A stretch of 32,000 nucleotides of DNA, from positions 90,001-122,000 of the forward strand of contig NZ_PQWO01000008.1 of the NCBI RefSeq assembly GCF_003231495.1. The letters run 5' to 3'. Origin of the DNA: Acaryochloris thomasi RCC1774. GTDB lineage: Bacteria > Cyanobacteriota > Cyanobacteriia > Thermosynechococcales > Thermosynechococcaceae. Of this stretch, positions 10,122 through 19,719 are shown piece by piece. The notes below the pieces were generated by a model that had not been told where the DNA came from, ran no database searches, and saw only the letters and a list, made by a program, of their open reading frames with translations. Within the stretch, counting starts at the first letter, position 1. Each line of letters starts with the position of its first letter. Position numbers and translations under genes: made by a program.

Positions 10122-12176
10122 CTAGACAGAAATAATCACGAAACCCAAAACCGCGAAGAAAATAATCAGCGCGTAGAACTGGGCGCGACCATTCTCAAAG
10201 TATTTCAACCCTTCGCCACTAATCACGGCGACAAACCCCGTGAAGTTAACAACGCCATCAACGACGTTGTAGTCCACCTCTAAGACCTGACGCGCTAATC
10301 GACGGCAGCCACGTACGAAAACACGATCATAGAAATCATCTAAGTACCATTTGTTGAGTGAGAACTCATAGAGAGGCTGAATTTTAGATGCGATCGCACC
10401 GGCATCAACCTTGCGGCTGATATACATCAACGAAGCCAGCGTAATCCCAATCAGGGCAATGCCGATGGAGCTACCCGCCATCGGAGCGAACTCAGACCAC
10501 TCGAACTCAGCCGCTATCTCTGCCATGTCGGGAACGGGTTCCCCTGGCGGATAGATGAAGGTTTCAAAGTAGTTAGCGAAGGGTGTCCCCAACAGTCCGA
10601 TAGCTAATGAGGGAATCGCTAACACCATTAGCGGTAAAGTCATGGTGATCGGAGATTCATGGGGCTCGCTGGCGTGGTGCCCGTGATCGTGAGAGTCGTG
10701 GGCATCATGAGCCTCCAGCTCTTTAGGATCCATTGCCCCAGGTCCGAAAGCCGGTTGAGAAAGCTGTTTAATCTGGGTGCGAAGCTCTGATTGGTTACCG
10801 CGAAATTCTCCTTCAAAGGTCGAGAAGTACATGCGGAACATATAGAAAGCCGTAACCCCTGCAGTGGCCCAGCCAATCAACCACAGAGCCGGATTTGCTT
10901 CAAACGCAGCCCCTAAGATCTCATCCTTAGACCAAAAGCCAGCGAAGGGTGGAATCCCGGAAATAGCAAGACAGCCAATTAAAAAGGTGATGGCAGTGGC
11001 AGGCATATACTTCCGCAGACCACCCATTAGGCGCATGTCTTGCGCAAGCACTGGGTCATGCCCGACGACATCTTCCATACCGTGAATGACGGAGCCGGAG
11101 CCAAGAAAGAGCATGGCCTTGAAATAAGCGTGGGTCATCAGGTGAAAGAGGCCGGCGGAGTAAGCGCCAATCCCCATTGCCATCACCATGTAGCCCAGTT
11201 GAGAAATGGTGGAGTAAGCCAAACCCTTCTTAATATCGTTCTGGGTCATCGCAATGGAGGCACCCAGGAATGCAGTTAAAGCGCCGGTCCAGGCAATCAC
11301 CGTCATCACTGTTGGAATGTCGGCAAAGACCGGAAACATTCGGGCAATCAAGAAGACCCCAGCCGCAACCATAGTGGCGGCGTGGATCAGAGCCGAAATG
11401 GGTGTTGGCCCTTCCATTGCGTCCGGTAGCCATACGTGGAGGGGGAACTGGGCTGACTTAGCAACAGGACCCAAAAACACCAGAATGGCAAAGATAGAAA
11501 CGAGCGTTCCGCTGAGTGCTCCAGAGGCGACTAGCTCCTGGAGGCGAGTGCCAATGATGTCAAATTCAAAGCTGTTGGTGGCCCAAAAGAGGCCCAAAAT
11601 ACCCAGCAGCAGACCAAAGTCACCGACGCGGTTGGTGACAAAGGCTTTCTGAGCAGCGGCAGCGGCGGGTTTGCGATCAAACCAGAAACCCACCAGCAGG
11701 TAGGAACACATCCCCACCAGCTCCCAAAAGATATAAATCTGTACCAGGTTGGGGCTCATCACGAGGCCCAGCATCGAAAAGCTAAACAGACTCAGATAGG
11801 CGTAGAAACGGACATAGCCTGGATCGTGGGCCATATAGCCGTCGGTGTATACCATCACCAAGAAAGCTACCGTGGTTACCACCACCAACATCATGGATGT
11901 CAGGTGATCAATGGTGTAACCCATATTGAGGTGAAAGTTACCGGCTGCGGCCCACTCAAAAGTGACGAGGTAAGGCTCATGACCTTGAAACTGACTCCAC
12001 AGGATGGCAAAGGAGAGCGCCATTGCGCCCCCCAGCATTGAAACGATGAAGGTCGCGCTAGGCCGACGCAGGGCATTTGTTGCCTTATTAAAAGAGATCA
12101 GTCCAAGGCCTAAGATCATGGCACCTGCGAGGGGCAGGACCGGAATCAGCCAGGCATACTGATATAAAGATTCCAT
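10122..12176 (-). CDS. ndhF: NAD(P)H-quinone oxidoreductase (NDH-1) subunit 5, NdhF1 type
   Basis: 684 aa. Begins MESLYQYAWLIPVLPLAGAM. Carries the antiporter-like core (HLMTHAYFKAMLFLGSGSVIH). The length fits NdhF1 rather than the shorter NdhF3/F4, and no cupA/chpY gene follows. Confidence 0.95.
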   Translation of the reverse strand: MESLYQYAWLIPVLPLAGAMILGLGLISFNKATNALRRPSATFIVSMLGGAMALSFAILWSQFQGHEPYLVTFEWAAAGNFHLNMGYTIDHLTSMMLVVVTTVAFLVMVYTDGYMAHDPGYVRFYAYLSLFSFSMLGLVMSPNLVQIYIFWELVGMCSYLLVGFWFDRKPAAAAAQKAFVTNRVGDFGLLLGILGLFWATNSFEFDIIGTRLQELVASGALSGTLVSIFAILVFLGPVAKSAQFPLHVWLPDAMEGPTPISALIHAATMVAAGVFLIARMFPVFADIPTVMTVIAWTGALTAFLGASIAMTQNDIKKGLAYSTISQLGYMVMAMGIGAYSAGLFHLMTHAYFKAMLFLGSGSVIHGMEDVVGHDPVLAQDMRLMGGLRKYMPATAITFLIGCLAISGIPPFAGFWSKDEILGAAFEANPALWLIGWATAGVTAFYMFRMYFSTFEGEFRGNQSELRTQIKQLSQPAFGPGAMDPKELEAHDAHDSHDHGHHASEPHESPITMTLPLMVLAIPSLAIGLLGTPFANYFETFIYPPGEPVPDMAEIAAEFEWSEFAPMAGSSIGIALIGITLASLMYISRKVDAGAIASKIQPLYEFSLNKWYLDDFYDRVFVRGCRRLARQVLEVDYNVVDGVVNFTGFVAVISGEGLKYFENGRAQFYALIIFFAVLGFVIISV

Positions 12177-12452
12177 TGCTGACGCTTATTCTCTGCGATG
12201 TTTTCGTTGGATCCGCAAAACAGTTTTCATTGTGGCACAATCTCAAGCTTACAGACGGCTCTCTGCTGCGGCTTGTTTTAGCGGGATATTGTGATTAGAC
12301 TGCCCTGAATGAAGGCACAGAGTAACTTCCGTTAACTATTCTGCAGGCCATGGGCAGGAATACCGCTGATCCTTAAGGCTTTCTGCAGCTTGTTTAAGCT
12401 AAACCTTAAGAATGCAGCACTGTAGGCATCGCCTGCCCGGCCTGAACCCCGA

Positions 12453-12791
12453 CTAAGCAGAGTGTGGGACCTGCTCTAAAATCGCCTGGAGCTGCTCTCG
12501 GATCAAAGTACGGCTTTCAAAAGTTTCTATCCGCTGGATGACCTCGCCTTGATCAAAGAGTATCAAGGTCGGGATCTGCTTGAGACGATAGTCATGGGCC
12601 AGCTTAAAGTTCTCGTCAGCGTTGACCTGAACAACCTTCATTTGGTGGGTCGCGTCTTCGTCGATCCGGTTGAGATATTTAGAGAGGATTCGGCAGGGAC
12701 CACACCAAGGCGTCCCAAAGCTGACTAGGACTAGACCGTCAGCCTCAAGCACGGCTTGTTTGAAGGTGTGTTCGTTGACCGATAAAACCAT
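12453..12791 (-). CDS. Thioredoxin-family protein
   Basis: 112 aa with the WCGPC active site (FGTPWCGPCRIL) and thioredoxin-fold length. Confidence 0.9.
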   Translation of the reverse strand: MVLSVNEHTFKQAVLEADGLVLVSFGTPWCGPCRILSKYLNRIDEDATHQMKVVQVNADENFKLAHDYRLKQIPTLILFDQGEVIQRIETFESRTLIREQLQAILEQVPHSA

Positions 12792-12874
12792 GCGGAGATG
12801 TTTAGTAGCAACGAATTTGAAGCAATAGCTGCGATTATGCTACCAGGAAATAGCGAACGGGAAAAATAGCGCCC

Positions 12875-14560
12875 ATGAAACTTGCGATCGCACAGCTCAA
12901 TCCCACCATCGGCGATTTATCCGGCAACGTCCAGCAGATTATCGAACGGTCTATAGAGACTGCGGGCCAGGGCGCTGAGCTAATGCTAACGCCGGAGCTA
13001 TCCCTCTGTGGCTATCCACCCCGCGATCTGCTGCTCAACCCCAGCTTTATCGAGGCGATGACGGCAGCGCTACAGGAAATCGCGGCAAAGGTTCCGAGTC
13101 ATTTAATGGTGCTTGTAGGCTTTGCTGAACCCAACCCCCAGGCACCTGAAGTGGGAAGCAAGCCACTCTATAACAGCATGGCCTGCATCAAGGCGGGTCA
13201 GGTCCGGCAGGTAATTCGCAAGCGTCTGCTGCCCACCTATGACGTGTTTGATGAAGATCGCTATTTTGCCTCTGGAGAGCAACCCGGCATCTTGGACTGC
13301 TGCGGCCTCAAGCTTGGCGTCACCATTTGCGAGGATCTCTGGAACGATGAGCAGTTTTGGGGCCATCGCTCCTACACAGTCAATCCCATTGCCGAGCTGG
13401 TGGAGCGTCAGGTAGACCTGATCGTGAATCTTTCTGCCTCGCCCTTTGTGATCGGTAAACAGCGCGTCCGCGAGGCGATGCTCACGCACAGTGCCCAGCG
13501 CCACGGTTGCCCAATCGTATACGTCAATCAGCTAGGGGGGAACGATGATCTTATTTTTGACGGCCGCAGTGTGGCAGTTGATATACAGGGTTCAATTGCA
13601 GGCCGCGCTCAAGCCTTCAAGACCGATCTACTATGTATAAAATTTGATTCTGAGAAGAAAACGCTACGATCCTCAATCAGCCATCCCTTAGAGGGTGATC
13701 ACGCTGAAATCTGGGCGGCGTTGGTGTTAGGGGTGCAGGACTACGCCCGTAAATGTGGGTTTACCCAGGCCGTGCTGGGATTGAGTGGTGGGATTGATTC
13801 GGCACTTGTAGGTGCGATCGCAACAGCAGCCCTCGGCCCTGAAAACGTCCTTGGCGTCCTAATGCCTTCTCCCTACAGCTCCGATCACTCGATTAAGGAT
13901 GCTCAAGATCTAGCAGTGAATCTGGGCTTTAAAACTGAAGTGATTCCCATTGCTGATCTCATGGGAGCCTATGATCAATCCCTATCCTGTATATTCTCAG
14001 ACACCGAACCCGGTATAGCCGAAGAAAATATACAGGCTCGCATTCGGGGGGCGATTTTGATGGCGATCGCAAATAAATTTGGTCGTCTCCTGATCTCCAC
14101 CGGCAACAAATCTGAACTTGCCGTCGGCTACTGCACCCTCTACGGCGACATGAGCGGTGGGCTCGCCGCCATCTCTGACGTACCTAAAACCCGCGTTTAT
14201 TCTCTTTGCCGCTGGCTCAACTCAGAAGCAGGCCAACAAGCCTTTAACGCTCAAAGCTCAGAAATCATTCCAAAAAACATTCTCACAAAACCTCCCAGCG
14301 CCGAACTCAAACCTAATCAGGTGGACCAAGACTCTCTCCCCCCATACGATCAACTTGATGACATTTTGGCCCGCATCGTTGATCAGCATCAATCACAGAC
14401 TCAGATCGTAGCTGCAGGTCATGCGGCTGCCATTGTGCAGCGCGTCATGCAACTTGTACATCGAGCAGAATTTAAACGTCGGCAGGCTCCTCCCGGCCTC
14501 AAAATTACAGACCGTGCCTTTGGTACAGGCTGGCGGATGCCAATTGCAGCAAAACATTAA
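12875..14560 (+). CDS. nadE: Glutamine-dependent NAD+ synthetase (CN-hydrolase domain plus NAD synthetase domain)
   Basis: 561 aa. The N-terminal nitrilase-like domain has PELSLCGYPP and ICEDLW. The C-terminal domain has the PP-loop LGLSGGIDSALV and GNKSELAVGYCTLYGDM. Confidence 0.95.
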   Translation: MKLAIAQLNPTIGDLSGNVQQIIERSIETAGQGAELMLTPELSLCGYPPRDLLLNPSFIEAMTAALQEIAAKVPSHLMVLVGFAEPNPQAPEVGSKPLYNSMACIKAGQVRQVIRKRLLPTYDVFDEDRYFASGEQPGILDCCGLKLGVTICEDLWNDEQFWGHRSYTVNPIAELVERQVDLIVNLSASPFVIGKQRVREAMLTHSAQRHGCPIVYVNQLGGNDDLIFDGRSVAVDIQGSIAGRAQAFKTDLLCIKFDSEKKTLRSSISHPLEGDHAEIWAALVLGVQDYARKCGFTQAVLGLSGGIDSALVGAIATAALGPENVLGVLMPSPYSSDHSIKDAQDLAVNLGFKTEVIPIADLMGAYDQSLSCIFSDTEPGIAEENIQARIRGAILMAIANKFGRLLISTGNKSELAVGYCTLYGDMSGGLAAISDVPKTRVYSLCRWLNSEAGQQAFNAQSSEIIPKNILTKPPSAELKPNQVDQDSLPPYDQLDDILARIVDQHQSQTQIVAAGHAAAIVQRVMQLVHRAEFKRRQAPPGLKITDRAFGTGWRMPIAAKH

Positions 14561-14572
14561 CGAGAAAAGCCT

Positions 14573-14971
14573 CTAGCCAATACTGTTAGAGAGCAACATG
14601 AAACTAGAAGAGACAGTCTCAGCATCGCCAAAGGGCAGGAATCGCTGGATGAGAACGTTAAACAGCGTTAAGAGTGCCGCACCAAAGATCGCACTCAAGA
14701 GCTTATTCTGCAGCCGGAAACCTGGAACCAGAGCCGCCGCAAGGCCAAAGATAATTACGTTAAGGATAAAAACAGGTAAAAAGTCCAGGTGCAGGGGCAA
14801 GAAGCTGAACAACTTGATCAGCGGCCACATCAAAACATTAAGAACACCAATGACAATCGCTGAGATTGCGGCTTTGCCGGGGCTGTCTATATCAACCCCC
14901 ACCACAGGCAACTTAGAAATAATTAGCAAACTGATAACCGTCACCACAAACTTGACCAGAAGACCAATCAT
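14573..14971 (-). CDS. Small four-TM membrane protein, DUF360 / phage-holin-family-IV-like
   Basis: 132 aa, almost entirely hydrophobic helices (MIGLLVKFVVTVISLLIISKLPVVGVDI...). The overlapping plus-strand ORF (14598..14990) is Lys/Arg-rich, which is typical of the antisense frame of a membrane-protein gene. Confidence 0.7.
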   Translation of the reverse strand: MIGLLVKFVVTVISLLIISKLPVVGVDIDSPGKAAISAIVIGVLNVLMWPLIKLFSFLPLHLDFLPVFILNVIIFGLAAALVPGFRLQNKLLSAIFGAALLTLFNVLIQRFLPFGDAETVSSSFMLLSNSIG

Positions 14972-15035
14972 GAAAAATCTCCAAACTTAATGGGTTTACC
15001 TCAGACACGAACTGAGTCGTTGTCGAGAGTAATCG

Positions 15036-15052
15036 TACAGAAAAAATCTGTA
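15036..15052. promoter_or_regulatory. 17-bp palindrome TACAGA-N5-TCTGTA in the divergent DUF360/sodA intergenic region
   Basis: The perfect inverted repeat TACAGAAAAAATCTGTA is read directly. Its function is unknown. Confidence 0.25.
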
Positions 15053-15201
15053 AATTAAGATACTTTTACCGCGCTACGGGACTCAAAGCGGCATAAAGTT
15101 CAGAATTCTTTGGATAAAGGCCACTCACGGCTCTGCATTTCTGATTGATGAAGTCTTATATGATGAAGCAGATTAGTATTGTTCTTAGGTAAAGCCGCTC
15201 T

Positions 15202-15981
15202 ATGAAACGCCTGTTTGGGATTGTTCTCTCAACCTTGCTCCTAACGTCCTGTTTATGGGGAGGTTTTCAGTCAGCTGGACTGACGCAGCCCCTTAGAAAA
15301 AACATCCAACAAAATCCTGAGTTTTCCTCTCCTAGGACCTCTCTTGTTGCTCAGGCACAAGCCGAAGAATTTGTACTACCGCCGCTTCCCTATGCTTACG
15401 ATGCTCTCAGTGCATACGTTGATGAGCAAACTATGATGATTCACCACGATAAGCATCACGCGGGCTATGTGAAGAATTTGAATGATGCGATCGCAAAGCA
15501 CCCTGACTTAAAGGGCAAATCTGTAGAAGCTCTCCTGCAAGACCTAGACAACATCCCTGAAGATATTCGCGTCACTGTTCGCAATAACGGCGGCGGTCAC
15601 GCAAACCACACCATGTTCTGGGAAACCATGACGCCCGATAGTAAAGGTCAACCCACCGGCAAGCTAGCGAAGGCCATCAACTCAAGCTTCGGCAGCTTTG
15701 ACGCTTTCAAAGAAGCCTTCAACACCGCTGGCACTAAACAGTTTGGGAGCGGTTGGGCTTGGCTGGTCTTGACACCCGATAACAAGCTAGAAGTGACCAG
15801 TACAGCAAACCAAGATAGTCCATTACTGGACGGCAACACACCGATCATGGGCAACGATGTTTGGGAACATGCTTACTACTTGAAGTACCAGAACAAGCGG
15901 GGTGACTACCTCAATGCCTGGTGGAATGTCGTGAACTGGGATCAGGTGGGTCAACGGTATGAGCAAGCATTGAGTTCTTAG
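15202..15981 (+). CDS. sodA: Mn-type superoxide dismutase with N-terminal lipoprotein-type signal peptide
   Basis: 259 aa. Fe/Mn-SOD motifs are [10 protein letters not shown] and [18 protein letters not shown]. The Mn-type signature is [11 protein letters not shown]. The N-terminus [17 protein letters not shown] ends in a lipobox (L-T-S-C). Confidence 0.92.
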   Translation: MKRLFGIVLSTLLLTSCLWGGFQSAGLTQPLRKNIQQNPEFSSPRTSLVAQAQAEEFVLPPLPYAYDALSAYVDEQTMMIHHDKHHAGYVKNLNDAIAKHPDLKGKSVEALLQDLDNIPEDIRVTVRNNGGGHANHTMFWETMTPDSKGQPTGKLAKAINSSFGSFDAFKEAFNTAGTKQFGSGWAWLVLTPDNKLEVTSTANQDSPLLDGNTPIMGNDVWEHAYYLKYQNKRGDYLNAWWNVVNWDQVGQRYEQALSS

Positions 15982-15986
15982 TGACT

Positions 15987-16346
15987 TTATTCACTAACAT
16001 CTGACCAGATCGCATATTCATTGCCGTTGGGATCACTAAAGTGAAACCGACGGCCCCCTGGGAAAGGGAAGATTGGTTTGACGATCTGACCGCCAGCATT
16101 TTTAACAGCAATCACCGCAGCTTCTAAATCAGCGCGATAGAACACAATGAGTACGCTTCCCGATTGAGTCGAGACCGTCGTATCGGATTTGAAGAAGCCG
16201 CCGTCCACGCGGCCATCGTTAAAGCTGCAGTACTCCGACCCAAAGTCTTCAAAGGTCCAGCCAAACAGCTCTGAGAAAAAAGCCTTTGTCTTCGGCAAAT
16301 CTAAGGCAGGAATCTCAATATAGTCAATCGTATTCTCTCGATTCAT
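15987..16346 (-). CDS. VOC-family (glyoxalase/bleomycin-resistance fold) protein
   Basis: 119 aa. IDYIEIPALDLPKTKAFFSELFGW and a C-terminal FHFSDPNGNEYAIW are typical of small VOC proteins. It is convergent with sodA, with only 5 nt between the stops. Confidence 0.8.
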   Translation of the reverse strand: MNRENTIDYIEIPALDLPKTKAFFSELFGWTFEDFGSEYCSFNDGRVDGGFFKSDTTVSTQSGSVLIVFYRADLEAAVIAVKNAGGQIVKPIFPFPGGRRFHFSDPNGNEYAIWSDVSE

Positions 16347-16395
16347 GCGTCTCTAGTTTTGTCTCTTCCAATTTTGTCGATCAACAGCAACAATT

Positions 16396-16665
16396 TTATC
16401 CGTGAGGTTTGTAGGCTTCACTACGGTGCGCGATCGCCACAACTAGCACCAAAACCTGCCCATCGTCTATCGAGTAAACAACCCTATAATCACCGATACG
16501 GTAGCGATAGCAACCTGCATAATCCCCCCTGAGAGCTTTGATATTGGGATGTGAACGAGGCGTTTGTTCTAGCTGCTGCAAACATCGAGCTATTTTCTTC
16601 GCTAAAGCTTTGTCAGCCTTGAGATAAACCTTCTGGGCATCTGGATGGAGAGCAACCTCATACAT
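16396..16665 (-). CDS. Type II toxin, RelE/ParE (RelE/StbE-like) family
   Basis: 89 aa. The C-terminal pattern GCYRYRIGDYRVVYSIDDGQVLVLVVAIAHRSEAY is the RelE/ParE signature. It overlaps the upstream partner by 8 nt (ATGTATGA). Confidence 0.85.
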   Translation of the reverse strand: MYEVALHPDAQKVYLKADKALAKKIARCLQQLEQTPRSHPNIKALRGDYAGCYRYRIGDYRVVYSIDDGQVLVLVVAIAHRSEAYKPHG

Positions 16666-16936
16666 CAGAGCGAAGGTTTCTCCAGTTCGTATAAAGAGTT
16701 TGGGGCGTTGCTCGATTCTGCCTAACCCGCTCTAGCAAACCAGGAATTGCCAGAAGTTCTTGAGTAGCAGCTTCGCTCTCGGCGTTCGCTAGGTAGGTTG
16801 CAAAATCAGTAAGCACCTGAAGTCGCTCTGGAGAGAGTTGTCGGAGTAGAGCACTAAGCTGGTTCTGCAGCTCCTCTACAGACGCCAAATCTGACGATTC
16901 TAGATTCCCTATGTGAGAACTATCTGCAGGGTTCAT
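16658..16936 (-). CDS. Putative cognate antitoxin (family not recognised)
   Basis: Small acidic protein immediately upstream of the toxin and overlapping it. The track start is TTG at 16981. The ATG at 16936 preceded by GGGAGA (MNPADSSHIGNLE...) is the more plausible start. Confidence 0.6.
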   Translation of the reverse strand: MNPADSSHIGNLESSDLASVEELQNQLSALLRQLSPERLQVLTDFATYLANAESEAATQELLAIPGLLERVRQNRATPQTLYTNWRNLRSDV

Positions 16937-16989
16937 CACTTTGTCTCCCGACGGCAAAATGTAAGTTCTATTGTAAGGCAACCTTTTAA

Positions 16990-17763
<774 letters not shown>

Positions 17764-17785
17764 TTATGTCATTGATGTCACCGGA

Positions 17786-18982
17786 CTAAACCGAAGCAGG
17801 CACCTTGGCGCTGAACTTAATTTTCAGGTAGTCCTCTTCCATTTTGGCTCCGGCAGGCTGCATAGCCGCAAGCGCCTGGGGCAGAACTAGATTGCGACGA
17901 TGATTACCAATGCGAACGTTGAGTTCATCCGCCGTCTTCGTTAGCTCCACCTGATCTTTCGGAATACCGGGCAAATAAAGCTCAAGGCTATACTCACCAT
18001 CATTCTGCACAACCCGCAGCGTATTCTCGTGGTAGTAAACCTTGGCCGGATCTTCGCCCTCGGGATAAAGCGTCTCTTTGAGACGATCTAAGGCTTCAAG
18101 ACCGCACATCTCTTCTTGGTAGAGCGGCACCTCTTTGACTGGGAGAGGATGGAAGTTTTCATGAATTTCTTTGCGGTGCTGACTCTGATTCTCTTTCCAC
18201 TGCACAAAGAAAGGATCCGTGACGTGTTCAGGAATAATTCTGTTAGCCACCACCATGTCTGTGGAAACGTTGTAGAGACTCAAATAGGCATGGGCGCGCA
18301 GAGACTCTTTAATAACCATCTTCTCGGGGTTGGTCACCAACCGCACTGAGGTCTGAGTATTGTCGGTTAGCACCTTTTCTAGGGCTTCAATTTGCTCATA
18401 AAACTCATAGGGCGCATCCATCACCTCAGAGTTCGGTAAAGAGAACCCCGCAATCGGCTTAAAAATCGGTTCCACTAGTGGTCTGAGAGCCACAGAGACA
18501 GCCTGGAATGGCTTATAGAAGCGGCGCATATACCAACCACTCACTTCAGGCAAGCTCAGCAACCGGAGCGCTGTACCGGTGGGGGCTGAATCAATGATCA
18601 GCACATCAAAGGTGCCTTCGTCATAGTGACGCTTCATGCGGACCAGACTAAAGATTTCATCCATTCCCGGCAAGATAGCCAGCTCTTCTGCCTGTACGCC
18701 GTCTAAACCTCTAGCTTGAAGAACTTGGGTAATGTAGCGCTTGACCGCTCCCCAGTTGCCCTCTAGCTCCATAAGAGCATCTAACTCGGCCCCCCAGAGA
18801 TTGGGGCGGACCAATACAGGTTCGTGCCCAAGCTCCATATCGTAGCTATCGGCAAGGGAGTGAGCCGGGTCGGTGCTGAGCACTAATGTTTTGTAACCCA
18901 GTTCGGCACACCGGAGGCCAGTGGCAGCAGCAACGGAGGTCTTACCAACGCCACCTTTACCGGTCATTAAAATTACGCGCAT
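17786..18982 (-). CDS. ArsA/Get3-family ATPase with C-terminal HSP20-like domain
   Basis: 398 aa. Deviant Walker [18 protein letters not shown], and [12 protein letters not shown]. The C-terminal about 80 aa ([38 protein letters not shown]) resemble the ArsA HSP20-like domain. Confidence 0.88.
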   Translation of the reverse strand: MRVILMTGKGGVGKTSVAAATGLRCAELGYKTLVLSTDPAHSLADSYDMELGHEPVLVRPNLWGAELDALMELEGNWGAVKRYITQVLQARGLDGVQAEELAILPGMDEIFSLVRMKRHYDEGTFDVLIIDSAPTGTALRLLSLPEVSGWYMRRFYKPFQAVSVALRPLVEPIFKPIAGFSLPNSEVMDAPYEFYEQIEALEKVLTDNTQTSVRLVTNPEKMVIKESLRAHAYLSLYNVSTDMVVANRIIPEHVTDPFFVQWKENQSQHRKEIHENFHPLPVKEVPLYQEEMCGLEALDRLKETLYPEGEDPAKVYYHENTLRVVQNDGEYSLELYLPGIPKDQVELTKTADELNVRIGNHRRNLVLPQALAAMQPAGAKMEEDYLKIKFSAKVPASV

Positions 18983-19212
18983 GGGTCACTCAAGCAGATT
19001 GAAGGTGTACAAGGCTGAAAGCCAGTTGAGATGGGCTTTACCTGTATTCACAATAACGTAAAGGACGAGACCGGTGTTTTGCGAATCAAAAATCACTGGG
19101 AACCAACCGCCCCTAAATCGTCAGAGAACGGCCAAGGCTTGGCTCAAAGGACACTTCAATATCTCTCTGCGCCACACGAGCAAGAATATCCCGAAGCATT
19201 TCTTCCCCTGGG

Positions 19213-19716
19213 TTAGCCAGTACAGGCGTTCGGTTGAGGCGACTTCATTTCGGCATCAGCCCCAAAGCCAGGGGCTAACTGAGTCTCTTGAAAGCCTGAC
19301 ACAATGCTCCCTTTCATAGCCTGAGTTCCGTAGCCCCCAGGATTCATGTGGGCCCGAACAATGAGAATTTGATCTGCTGAGGCAGAAACGGGACCACCAC
19401 TGCGCTGGAAAGGTTGCTCATCAATATGGCTGTGAGCCAAAATTCGCCGGTATAGCAGTTCACCTTCTTCGCTTAAGACTTCCCACCAGTCGGCATATTG
19501 CTCGCATCCAGTGTCGGGACTTTCGACCGTGACAGCGAAGGTATATTGCCCAGGCTGGTTTTCGGTTGCAGTCACATCAGTTACCTTTGCCAGTCCGGCT
19601 TCAGGCTGGTTAGGCGCAGGCACCGAAGAGTCAGTTGTGGCTTGACTGGAAACGGTGGGGGCTGAAGAGCAACCTACCAGCAGCATCAATCCAATGAGGG
19701 CTGTCCTAAAAATCAT
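19213..19716 (-). CDS. Hypothetical lipoprotein
   Basis: 167 aa. Signal peptide with lipobox (MIFRTALIGLMLLVGCSS). I recognise no family. The start codon lies 3 nt after the murF stop. Confidence 0.65.
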   Translation of the reverse strand: MIFRTALIGLMLLVGCSSAPTVSSQATTDSSVPAPNQPEAGLAKVTDVTATENQPGQYTFAVTVESPDTGCEQYADWWEVLSEEGELLYRRILAHSHIDEQPFQRSGGPVSASADQILIVRAHMNPGGYGTQAMKGSIVSGFQETQLAPGFGADAEMKSPQPNACTG

Positions 19717-19719
19717 GCT

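Noticed and set aside
11254-11652. Antisense or off-frame ORFs nested inside large genes. Examples are 11254..11652 in ndhF, 13103..13504 in nadE, 27325..27816 in the SLH gene, 3095..3352 in the kinase, and 5733..5993 in ileS.
   Set aside because: Each is fully contained in a gene with strong family motifs, and their products are compositionally biased. There is no independent support for them.
14598-14990. 130-aa plus-strand ORF opposite the DUF360 gene.
   Set aside because: The Lys/Arg/Thr-rich product is the usual antisense shadow of a hydrophobic membrane-protein gene. The minus-strand product has four clean TM helices.
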